From a virus (lineage: Duplodnaviria > Caudoviricetes): a DNA stretch of 37,757 nt. Both the position numbers and the translations under genes were made by a program. A model generated the notes under the pieces. It was given only the letters and a program-made list of their open reading frames with translations, had not been told where the DNA came from and did not search any database. The stretch is taken from positions 1-37,757 of the IMG/VR virus record IMGVR_UViG_3300035018_000012; one strand, given 5' to 3'. Shown here in pieces: positions 1 to 8,114 of this stretch. Each line of letters begins with the position of its first letter. Positions within the stretch are counted from its first letter, which is position 1.

Positions 1-807
1 TTAGGGCGAGGGGGTTATGATCAGCTCACCGAACTTGGACTGCTTGTTGCCACCCCCGACGCTGTAACCGACCTCGACCCGCTGCATCTTGAAGCGGGCG
101 AACGTCTCGCGGATCTCGGGATGATCGTTGATCGAAAGAATGAACTGCCCATTGATGGCTGCCAGCTGGTCGGCCATCAGTTCGAATTCGCTGCGTTCGA
201 ACATCCCATCGCCATAGTCAGTCTCGCACCGGTAATAGGGCGGGTCGAGGTAGAACAAGGTGCCAGGCCTGTCGTACTTGCGGATGAAATCGGCCCATTT
301 CAGGCGCTCGACCACCACGGCCGCCAGCCTGTCGTGCACCGCCTCCAGCATCGGCTGCAATTTGCTGATGTCGAAGTGCGCGGAGCGGCCTGGTGAGATA
401 CCAAAGCTTTGACCTACTACCTTGCCGCCAAAGCTGGTGCGCTGGAGATACAAGAAACGCGCAGCCCGCTGCATATCGGTAAGCGCCTCGGGCCGCTCCA
501 GCAGCAGCCGCTCGAATTCTGCCCGCGACGTGATCTGAAACCGCATCATTTCGAGGAAAGCGACGTAGTGCACCTGCAGCACCCGGAAAAAGTTGTGCAC
601 GTCGCGCGACCAATCGTTGATCGCCTCGCTTGGGGGGCGATGCGACCGCCTGAAGAACACCCCGCCCATGCCGACAAAAGGCTCAGCATAGGTTTGGTGC
701 TCCACCTGGTCGATCATGGCGCACAGGCGCTTGGCAAGCTTGCGCTTGCCTCCGATGTATGGGGCGACCGGCGAGACCGGCTGCACGGAAGAGAGACTCG
801 ACTCCAT
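1..807 (-). CDS. D12-class (Dam-like) DNA adenine methyltransferase
   Basis: PYIGGK, EPFVGMGGV (SAM-binding FxGxG) and LDPPY catalytic motifs. Start placed at ATG 807 (MESSLSSVQPVSPVAPY), not at the longer ORF start. Confidence 0.92.
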   Translation of the reverse strand: MESSLSSVQPVSPVAPYIGGKRKLAKRLCAMIDQVEHQTYAEPFVGMGGVFFRRSHRPPSEAINDWSRDVHNFFRVLQVHYVAFLEMMRFQITSRAEFERLLLERPEALTDMQRAARFLYLQRTSFGGKVVGQSFGISPGRSAHFDISKLQPMLEAVHDRLAAVVVERLKWADFIRKYDRPGTLFYLDPPYYRCETDYGDGMFERSEFELMADQLAAINGQFILSINDHPEIRETFARFKMQRVEVGYSVGGGNKQSKFGELIITPSP

Positions 808-814
808 CACTTTT

Positions 815-829
815 GTTCCATATCTGTTC
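815..829. promoter_or_regulatory. Alphaproteobacterial LexA (SOS) box GTTC-N7-GTTC
   Basis: GTTC-CATATCT-GTTC, 7 bp upstream of the methyltransferase start codon. Confidence 0.7.
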
Positions 830-967
830 CCGTGCCGAGTCGGCAGGCGGGATGATCCAATTCCCTGTTCCATGGGCAGGATCGGTTGGATTGTGGCGGG
901 TCTCATCCGTCGGTTTGAGGCGCGGGAACGCCTCTTCCCCCGCCGCTCGCGCGGCGAGGCAAGCGGG

Positions 968-2017
968 TTAGCCAGGGCGAGGCGCTTGGCCCTGTGGCTG
1001 ATAAGGGGCGAAGACCAGTGCCTCGATACCCAGCCACTCGTTGAGCTGTCGCATGCGCTGCTGCAGCGGCTCGATCTCGTTGCCGAAGAAGATATCGCTT
1101 GCCTTGCCGACATCGCCAAAGCCCCCATTGTTCTGGGGGATGATGCCGATCAGCTGCGGCGGCACCCGGTGCGCAGCCAACATGTCGTCGCGGGTGACGT
1201 TTTTGATGTTCATGAATTCGTCTTTGGCTGCCACATCGGCAATCGGCATGATCTGGATGCCGTCCTTCTTCCCGTTGGGCACGTGCACGAACATGTTCTT
1301 GAAATTGCCGACGCCTTTGGCCTGACCCAGCTGCTTTTCGATCTCCTCGCTGGTCTCGGCATCGGCCAAAGGCTCAGACATGTAAAAGATGAACCCGGCG
1401 TGCGCGCCGTTGAGGTAATATCGACGGCGAAACAGGGTGGCATTTTCGTTGAGCAGGCCTGATTGCAGCGCCGACAGCCACTCGGGCACGCCATAGACCT
1501 CTTGCACGACATCTGGCTGCAGAAGGTGGAAGACGCTGTTCGGTCTAAATTCGTGATCGTGACCGAGCGATGCCTTGATGAAGAACATCGTGCCCGGTTC
1601 GCTCCCCACACGGGTGAAGATCGCTGGGCTGTGCTTCAGCGCCATCACGCGCCCGCCCAGGTTGTCGATCCGCTCGAAATAGGCGTTGCCCATCTGTAGG
1701 AAGTCGATTGCCCATCGCTCGAAATTGGCCCGGTCGAGCCACCTGGTCGGAACGAAGTGCTTGAGCAGCAGGTTTACCTTCAGTGCGATGGCACTGCGAT
1801 GGTGGGGTGACATATTGAACGACTTGGCCAGCTTGGTCATGGGCATCGGCGGTTCGTACCAGCGGCCATTCCTCCACATCTCGAAGTATGACCACAGGTC
1901 GCGCCCATCGATCACGCTCTCTGGCGAGCCAAAGCTGAACATCCGGACGCCGCCGGCTCCAGCGGCACTTGGACTGGCGTGCGCATTCGCCTGTGCCGGA
2001 ACGATGTCGGTTGTCAT
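968..2017 (-). CDS. gpQ: Portal protein, P2 gpQ/PBSX family
   Basis: Typical motifs WYEPP, YGVPEWLSALQSGLLNENATLFRRRYYLNGAHAG, HRVPPQLIGIIP. Start ATG 2017 overlaps the terminase stop (ATGA). Confidence 0.95.
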   Translation of the reverse strand: MTTDIVPAQANAHASPSAAGAGGVRMFSFGSPESVIDGRDLWSYFEMWRNGRWYEPPMPMTKLAKSFNMSPHHRSAIALKVNLLLKHFVPTRWLDRANFERWAIDFLQMGNAYFERIDNLGGRVMALKHSPAIFTRVGSEPGTMFFIKASLGHDHEFRPNSVFHLLQPDVVQEVYGVPEWLSALQSGLLNENATLFRRRYYLNGAHAGFIFYMSEPLADAETSEEIEKQLGQAKGVGNFKNMFVHVPNGKKDGIQIMPIADVAAKDEFMNIKNVTRDDMLAAHRVPPQLIGIIPQNNGGFGDVGKASDIFFGNEIEPLQQRMRQLNEWLGIEALVFAPYQPQGQAPRPG

Positions 2018-3903
2018 CCTTGATCCCCTGTCGAAGAGTTGAAAAATCTGACCTTGGCACCGCGCGAAATCGGTTCGCTGGCGTCCATCGGTTCGTTGGA
2101 AAGTGCATGCAGGATCGCCCATGCGATATCGGCATGGCCGACCTCGCCATTGCGCTTGGCGGTATAGGTCACCTGCCTGCCAGAGCCGGTGAGGCTGGGC
2201 CTGATCGCCATGAAAGCTGCCTGCACATCGGTCCATCCCGCATCGAACTCGATGCGCTTGTTGCGGAACACGTTCTGGCCCTTCATGACCAGCGCACCCT
2301 TCACCGCCACCGAATAGTTGATCCGGCGCGCGGTCGGGAACCACTTCAAGACGAGCTGCAGCACTGCCTCGCCGCTGCCGGTGGTGTCGATCGAAATATC
2401 GACCACGTTGTACCGCTGGGCGACCCGCTTGATTTCGTCGGCCTGGCCTTGGAAGTCGATGCCGTTGAAACGCAGCTTTTCGAGCACGCGGAATTTTCCG
2501 CCTGGCTTTTCTGGCGGGGCGATGACCGCCAGCGCGGCATCATCTCGGCCCTGCTTATTGGGGTCATAGCCCAGCCACACCGGCTTATCGCCAAACGGCC
2601 GCGCGCCCGTCATGCCGATCAATTCGGGCTTGAAATCGCGCCACTGATAGAAGCTGTCGACGCGTGCCGACCCGATCAGCGCGAACGGGAAGCTCGACTG
2701 CGCATCGTCGATTTCTTCGCATTCAAAGAGATTACGGAACGAGTCTTCCGAATATTCGGTGCGCAGCTGCTCCACGTCGACCAGGTCGCCCAGGCCGCGC
2801 TTCACCGCGTCGTGGATCGTCAGGATTTGCTGCCAGCTGCCGTCCGGCATGATCGCGCCGTTGCGCAGGTTCTTGACCGACAGGTCAAAGGCGCGCTGGT
2901 CGCTCTTGGCGCGCCCGCGGTTCCAGTCCTCACCTGACCAGAAGGCGTAGGATTCGTGCGTTTTGGTCGAGGCCGATGAGAAATACGTCTTGGTGTAGAT
3001 GCTGTGCGTCGCTATGGCGCTGGCGACCTTGTTCAGCTCCGCAAACCCCGCGACCCACGAAAACTCGTCGAAGTAGAAATCGCCGCTTTCGCCTTGCGCC
3101 GTCGCGCTGTTGGTCGAAAGCGGATAAAGGCCGACTGAGTCCAGCGACGGGCCATCGTCACCATGCAGACCCGAAAAATCGAGCATGACGATCTTGCCCT
3201 TGAGCTCGACCCCGGTGACCCGCCGAACCCAATTGGTAATCTCCCGGCGAAACTTCAGCGCCTGGCGTTCGGATGCCGACAGGAATATCTGGTTGCGCGG
3301 CTGCTTACCCTCGATCGCCAGCTCAGCGATCTTGGCAAAGGCTTCCCGAGCGAAATACCATGTCGCCCCAACCTGGCGTGATTTGCGGATCTTGCGCGTG
3401 CGCTGGTGCCGCTGTTCCCACCACTCTTCCTGATATTCGAAATTGCGCTCGTGGAAGTCGTCGAGCAGCGCCTGAAACTGTTCGATCGACAGGCAGTTCT
3501 TGCGCTTTTCCGCCCGCTTGGCCTTGGCCTTGTCGTCGTTCCGGCGCTCGATGTTGGGGTTCAGATCACGCTCGCGGCCATCGTCGCCGCCGAACTTGCG
3601 GACCCGCGCCAGGCGCTCGATCTGCCGCCCCAGCAGGTCGATTTCCTTGAAATCCTTCCCGGCTTTGTCTTCCTTGGCGATCAGGGTGAGGTAGCGCTGC
3701 TCAAGCCCGTCCTCCATCCGCAGCACCATGGGCGCCTCGTCCCATTTGTCGCGGGCCTTCCAGCTGGCGACGGTCGCGTATTTCAGCGTCAACTCGGCCG
3801 CGATCTGCTGCATCGACCATCCGCGCCAATACAGCGAACGCGCCGCTCGGCGCGCATCGAAGGGGGAGGCAGGAAGGGCAGCAAGGATCGCCATGGTGGC
3901 CAT
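2014..3903 (-). CDS. gpP: Terminase ATPase (large) subunit, P2 gpP
   Basis: N-terminal HTH (ARSLYWRGW), KSRQVGATWYFAREA, NQIFLSAS, FYFDEF, LGYDP, GHADIAWA. Start is 3903 or 3894. Confidence 0.95.
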   Translation of the reverse strand: MATMAILAALPASPFDARRAARSLYWRGWSMQQIAAELTLKYATVASWKARDKWDEAPMVLRMEDGLEQRYLTLIAKEDKAGKDFKEIDLLGRQIERLARVRKFGGDDGRERDLNPNIERRNDDKAKAKRAEKRKNCLSIEQFQALLDDFHERNFEYQEEWWEQRHQRTRKIRKSRQVGATWYFAREAFAKIAELAIEGKQPRNQIFLSASERQALKFRREITNWVRRVTGVELKGKIVMLDFSGLHGDDGPSLDSVGLYPLSTNSATAQGESGDFYFDEFSWVAGFAELNKVASAIATHSIYTKTYFSSASTKTHESYAFWSGEDWNRGRAKSDQRAFDLSVKNLRNGAIMPDGSWQQILTIHDAVKRGLGDLVDVEQLRTEYSEDSFRNLFECEEIDDAQSSFPFALIGSARVDSFYQWRDFKPELIGMTGARPFGDKPVWLGYDPNKQGRDDAALAVIAPPEKPGGKFRVLEKLRFNGIDFQGQADEIKRVAQRYNVVDISIDTTGSGEAVLQLVLKWFPTARRINYSVAVKGALVMKGQNVFRNKRIEFDAGWTDVQAAFMAIRPSLTGSGRQVTYTAKRNGEVGHADIAWAILHALSNEPMDASEPISRGAKVRFFNSSTGDQG

Positions 3904-3943
3904 TCCATGCCCTGCAAGCGCTATCCGGTGCGCGCCCACCTGA

Positions 3944-3964
3944 TTGTTACCGCGCCGGTTACAA
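3944..3964. promoter_or_regulatory. Ogr-type late-promoter dyad, copy 1 (divergent P/O promoters)
   Basis: TTGTTACCG-CGC-CGGTTACAA; its reverse complement matches copies 2 and 3. Confidence 0.8.
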
Positions 3965-4052
3965 CGGCACACCGTTGCATGATGTGGCCATTTTCAGCCC
4001 CAAGGGTGGCATATCCCCTGGCCAGTCAGCACCCCGCAACGGAGCAGTCCCG

Positions 4053-4910
4053 ATGTCGACGATGAAATTCAAGCGCACCAAGCCGTTCCTCCTGGCCACC
4101 GCCGGCTCCACTGTCGATGGCCGTGTGATCGACGACAAGCTGATCGACGAAATGGCCCAGAGCTACGACCCCAAGACCTACGGTGCCCGCCTCAACATCG
4201 AGCACATCCGCGGCATCACCGGCGATGCGCCATTCCGCAGCTATGGCGATGTCGTCTCGCTGTCGGTCGGCGAGGTCGATGTCAATTTCAGCGGCAAGAC
4301 CGAAAAGCGCAAGGCGCTCTATGGCGTCTTCGACGTGCTGGAGGATGCCGAAAAGCTGAATGCAGCTGGTCAGAAGGTCTATCCGTCGATCGAGATCGAG
4401 CCCAATTTCGCCGGCAAGAATTTCGCCTATCTGATGGGCTGCGCGCTCACCGATAGCCCGGCAGCCATCGCAACCGAGCGGCTGCAGTTCAACCGCGCTG
4501 CACCGGGTTCGATCGTGCTGAATGGCGAGGTGCCAATGCCGCTGGAGCTGGCGGACGATAAAGGTACCATCACCGAAGGCGGGCAGGGCATCTTGTCGGC
4601 CTTCAAAGCCATGATGGACGGCTACACCGCCAAGCTGACCGGCAAAGCAACTGAAACCAAGCCCGCCGATCCGCCCGAGCAGCAACTGACCCAGGGCTTC
4701 GACATGCAGGCCTTTACGGCCCTGTTCACCCAGTTCGCCGGCAAGGTCGAGGGCACTCTGCAGACGCAGACCGCTGCTCAGCGCGAGGAAATGGACGCCC
4801 TGGCGCTCAAGTTCGCCGCGCTGGAAAAGCGCATCGACACCACCGCCGCCCCTGGTCAGCAGCAGCGCCCCCAGGCCAACGGCAGCAATTTCGCCCGGAC
4901 CGATTGCTGA
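4053..4910 (+). CDS. gpO: Capsid scaffolding protein/protease, P2 gpO
   Basis: ATAGSTVDGR, YGARLNIEH, QKVYPSIEI, YLMGCALTDSPA; GGAG RBS at 4041. Confidence 0.93.
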   Translation: MSTMKFKRTKPFLLATAGSTVDGRVIDDKLIDEMAQSYDPKTYGARLNIEHIRGITGDAPFRSYGDVVSLSVGEVDVNFSGKTEKRKALYGVFDVLEDAEKLNAAGQKVYPSIEIEPNFAGKNFAYLMGCALTDSPAAIATERLQFNRAAPGSIVLNGEVPMPLELADDKGTITEGGQGILSAFKAMMDGYTAKLTGKATETKPADPPEQQLTQGFDMQAFTALFTQFAGKVEGTLQTQTAAQREEMDALALKFAALEKRIDTTAAPGQQQRPQANGSNFARTDC

Positions 4911-4986
4911 TCGCCAGATCAGATAGGACCAGCACCCCAGACCCCCGCGCCAGAAAACCCGCCCACCGGGCAAATCAAGGACCGAA

Positions 4987-6051
4987 ATGATGCGCAACGA
5001 AACCCGCCTGCTCTTCAACGCCTACGTCTCGCAGATCGCGCTGCTCAACGGCGTTAGCGAAGACGCGGTCAGCAAGAACTTCACCGTCGCGCCGGTGGTC
5101 GAACAGCGCCTCGAAGAGGTGATGAAGGAAAGCAGCGAATTCCTTCAACTGATCCAGATCGTCCCGGTCACTCAGCAGCAGGGGCAGAAGGTCGGCGTGG
5201 GCGTCACCCGTCCGCTCGCAGGCCGCGTCAACACTGGCGCGGGCAATCGGCGCAATCCGACCGATCCCACCGATACCACCGATAAGGGGCAGTATCTGTG
5301 CGTGCAGACCAACTTCGATCATGCGATTTCCTATGCCAAGATCGATGCATGGCGCCATCGCCCTGAGTTTCAGACCCTGATCCGCGATTCGATCATGCGC
5401 CAGCAAGGCCGCGATCATATCATGATTGGCTGGAACGGCACCTCGGCAGCGATCGAGACCGACCTCGAAGACAATCCGAAGCTGCAGGATGTCAACCTTG
5501 GCTGGCTGCACAAGATCCGGACCAATGCCCCCGCGCGTGTTCTGAACGATGGTGACCTCACCGTTGATCCGACCAAGGCCATCTACGTCGATGGCGACGG
5601 CGAGGCCGGTGTCGATGTCGATTACAAGTCCCTCGACGGGCTGGTGTATGACGCGGTCGAACTGATCGACGAATGGTACCGCGATGATACTGAGCTGGTG
5701 GTCATCGTCGGGCGTGACCTGGTACACGACAAGTATTTCTCGATCATCAACAAGGCCGCGAACACCGCGACCGAGGTCGAGGCGATGGACCGCATCATCC
5801 GCTCGGAAAAGCAGATGGGTGGTTTGCCTGCAGTTCGTGTGCCGTTCTTCCCGGCCAATGCGATGCTGATCACGCGGCTCGATAACCTCTCGATCTACAT
5901 CCAGGAGGGAACGCGTCGACGCACGGTCAAGGAAGAGCCCGAGTTCGATCGCATCGCCAACTACGAGAGCGTCAACGAAGCCTATGTCGTTGAAGATTAC
6001 GGCATGTGCGCGTTGGTCGAGAACATCGTGATGGGCAAGAAGCCCGCTTAA
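4987..6051 (+). CDS. gpN: Major capsid protein, P2 family gpN
   Basis: MRNETR start, IMIGWNG, LQDVNLGWL, GGLPAVRVPFFP, NYESVNEAYVVEDY. Confidence 0.97.
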   Translation: MMRNETRLLFNAYVSQIALLNGVSEDAVSKNFTVAPVVEQRLEEVMKESSEFLQLIQIVPVTQQQGQKVGVGVTRPLAGRVNTGAGNRRNPTDPTDTTDKGQYLCVQTNFDHAISYAKIDAWRHRPEFQTLIRDSIMRQQGRDHIMIGWNGTSAAIETDLEDNPKLQDVNLGWLHKIRTNAPARVLNDGDLTVDPTKAIYVDGDGEAGVDVDYKSLDGLVYDAVELIDEWYRDDTELVVIVGRDLVHDKYFSIINKAANTATEVEAMDRIIRSEKQMGGLPAVRVPFFPANAMLITRLDNLSIYIQEGTRRRTVKEEPEFDRIANYESVNEAYVVEDYGMCALVENIVMGKKPA

Positions 6052-6054
6052 GGA

Positions 6055-6255
6055 ACACCCGAGAGGGGTGTCTGGTACGGGCCGCAAGCCCCCCAGCGGC
6101 TGATTATTGGGTCAGCCTTTACGGATCACAGATCGCACCCCGCATGACAGGCTAAAGCCCCGGAAATCCAATGCCAGGGTCAAGCCAGCGGATCAGCCCG
6201 AAAGGGTCGCCGGAGCCTGACGGTCAGGTCGAGCGGGGTGGGAAGCCCTCACCAG
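6055..6255 (+). ncRNA. Candidate structured RNA element between major capsid and terminase M genes
   Basis: At least seven mutually compatible helices read by eye, including long-range CACCCCGC/GCGGGGTG and CAGGCT/AGCCTG and a GAAA tetraloop hairpin. No credible ORF in this 232-bp gap. Confidence 0.6.
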
Positions 6256-6283
6256 TTTCGCAACCCCAACGTCAGGATCAACC

Positions 6284-7051
6284 ATGTCCAGCCTTGCCCG
6301 CCGCCACCGTGAACGTGCACTCGCCGCCCAGGCCGGTCTGGCTGTTGGGCAACCTGCTCCAGGTGTCGCCGGTGCGATGCCGGAAAAAGGCGATGTCGCC
6401 AGCGAATATCGCGCGCTGTTCGCGGTTCTGCAGGACAATCTGCGCACCTTGTCCGACATCCAGTCAATCGAGGGCCGCAACCCGGTAAAGCTGGAGATGG
6501 CGGAGACGTTCCGGGCGTGGGTCGATGGCGCGCTCGCCGCTGGAGCCGAGGGCACTGCCGCGCAGGATGAGATCGTGGCGCAGACGATGATCTGGGCTAT
6601 CGACTATCGCGATTTCGACCGTGCGCTCGACATCGGCGAGCATGTCCTGCGCTTTGGCATCACGCTGCCGGAGCGCTATGTGCGTACGCCCGCATGCCTG
6701 CTGGCGGAAGAGATCGCGACGGCAGCGCTCGCCGAACCTCAGCTTGCAACGCTTGAGCAGATCGTCCGCCTGGGCAGGCTGACTGGCGGCTATGACATGC
6801 CCGACCAGGCCCGCGCCAAGCTGCTCAAGGCCATGGGCCGTGCGTTCGCTAAGGCAGCTGACGATTTCGACCCTGAGGCCGACAGCGCCGCCGCTGGCGG
6901 CAAGCCAGCCCTCATCCATGCCGCATTGGATGCGCTCAAGCGCGCGCTCCAGCTCAACAAATCGATTGGTGTCAAAAAGGACATCGAGCGCCTCGAACGC
7001 CTCGTTGCCACCCCGCCTAAGGGAACCGGCAATCAGGGCGACCAGGCTTAG
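6284..7051 (+). CDS. gpM: Terminase endonuclease (small) subunit, P2 gpM
   Basis: IQSIEGR, QDEIVAQTMIWAID, DMPDQARAKLLKA, GVKKDIERLER; position after N. Confidence 0.93.
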   Translation: MSSLARRHRERALAAQAGLAVGQPAPGVAGAMPEKGDVASEYRALFAVLQDNLRTLSDIQSIEGRNPVKLEMAETFRAWVDGALAAGAEGTAAQDEIVAQTMIWAIDYRDFDRALDIGEHVLRFGITLPERYVRTPACLLAEEIATAALAEPQLATLEQIVRLGRLTGGYDMPDQARAKLLKAMGRAFAKAADDFDPEADSAAAGGKPALIHAALDALKRALQLNKSIGVKKDIERLERLVATPPKGTGNQGDQA

Positions 7052-7172
7052 CAGATCGGCCCACGCCGCTCGGGGGGCGGATCATCTCTGGCCAGGGTCC
7101 GCCCATAAGCCAAAGGCGATCCTCACCCCCCGTAAACCGGTGTTACGCCGCAAGAGACGAAAGGCCCGCGCA

Positions 7173-7667
7173 GTGTCAGGTTTTATCGCCACGCCGCCAG
7201 CACCGGCATCTCCCGTCAACAGCACGGTCGAGGCCGATGGCTGGTTTCCTGCGATCGATGTCAACCGGGTACGCGATACGTTGCGCATCGGCGAAGGCGT
7301 CGTCATCCACGAACGCCTGGTCGCCGCCATTGAGGGCGCGATGATCACCGCTCTGCGCCAGCTGGCGGAATGGCGCAGCGCTTTCGCGGTCTTGGGCATC
7401 GAGAGGCTTATCGACATCGACGATATCGAGATCGGTGGTCGCAAGCGCACCGAGGTTATCTGGGAACGGATCATCCGCTATTATGCCGCCGCCGAAATCG
7501 CAGACCTGCACCGCGATCTTGTCGCATCGGATCAGGCCAACATTCGCAGCGAAAACGAGCGGGTCACTGCAGACGATTATCGGCGCATGGCGCACCACGC
7601 GGTAAGTGACCTGCTCTCGATCGGGGCCGAAGAGCCAGTGCCGCGCAACCGGGTGTCGCTGGTGTGA
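7173..7667 (+). CDS. gpL: Head completion/stabilization protein, P2 gpL
   Basis: ADGWFPAID...ERLVAAIEGAM, C-terminal RVSLV; GTG start inferred; synteny M-L-X. Confidence 0.88.
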   Translation: MSGFIATPPAPASPVNSTVEADGWFPAIDVNRVRDTLRIGEGVVIHERLVAAIEGAMITALRQLAEWRSAFAVLGIERLIDIDDIEIGGRKRTEVIWERIIRYYAAAEIADLHRDLVASDQANIRSENERVTADDYRRMAHHAVSDLLSIGAEEPVPRNRVSLV

Positions 7668-7888
7668 TGGCCGAGTCCTCTCGCGCAACCGCCCTTGCCG
7701 GCGAAACCCTCGACGCCATCTGCTGGCGCGTGCTGGGCCGCACCCAGGGCGTGACGGAGCAGGCCTATGCCCTCAACCCCGGCCTTGCTGCGAGCGGCCC
7801 CCTCCTGGCCGAGGGCACAGTAGTGCAGCTGCCCGATGTGAGCGCCCCAGCATCCGCGATGCGCGAAACGATCAAGCTTTGGGACTGA
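7667..7888 (+). CDS. gpX: Tail protein X (LysM-like)
   Basis: GETLDAICWRVLGRTQGVTEQAYALNPGLA...LWD. Confidence 0.93.
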   Translation: MAESSRATALAGETLDAICWRVLGRTQGVTEQAYALNPGLAASGPLLAEGTVVQLPDVSAPASAMRETIKLWD

Positions 7889-7889
7889 T

Positions 7890-8114
7890 ATGACAGCGCA
7901 AAATCCAAACCAGAGTGAACGATTGGCGGTGCTGGAGATCGAGGTCCGCCAGATGAAAGAGCTTGTCGGTCAGATGGATACCAAAATCGATCAGCTGGTG
8001 GACCTGCGCGCGCGGGGGGTCGGCGCTTTCTGGGGCGCATCGGCGATGTTCGGAACGGGCATTGTTGGCAGCCTTATCACCGTGTGGAACTGGATAAAGG
8101 GACCCCCGCTATGA
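7890..8114 (+). CDS. Small coiled-coil plus transmembrane protein, putative holin/lysis accessory
   Basis: Heptad N-terminus, C-terminal hydrophobic segment, directly upstream of and overlapping the endolysin. Confidence 0.55.
   Translation: MTAQNPNQSERLAVLEIEVRQMKELVGQMDTKIDQLVDLRARGVGAFWGASAMFGTGIVGSLITVWNWIKGPPL

Noticed and set aside
953-967. GGCGAGGC matching the start of the P2 cos sequence
   Set aside because: The match stops after 8 nt and overlaps a hairpin arm. The real cos more likely lies left of the window.
808-1128. N-terminal extension of the methyltransferase ORF, and similar extensions of Q, L, the C5 MTase and the ASCH-like ORFs
   Set aside because: They overlap neighbouring real genes or regulatory DNA; family motifs and coupled starts point to the downstream start codons.
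6098-6228. Hammerhead ribozyme core in the N-M element
   Set aside because: CTGATTA and CTGACGG do not match CUGANGA, and no correctly placed GAAA-stem-NUH was found.
6222-6283. Resemblance to the tRNA-fMet 5' end (GCGGGGTGG..AGCCC) and to SRP RNA (GGTCAGGTC)
   Set aside because: No cloverleaf, T-loop or SRP helix-8 motif can be built, and these bases are better explained by the long-range helices.
7131-7147. CGTAAACCGGTGTTACG as a fourth Ogr-type box
   Set aside because: Lacks the TTGT/ACAA ends and the 21-bp geometry of the three clear copies.
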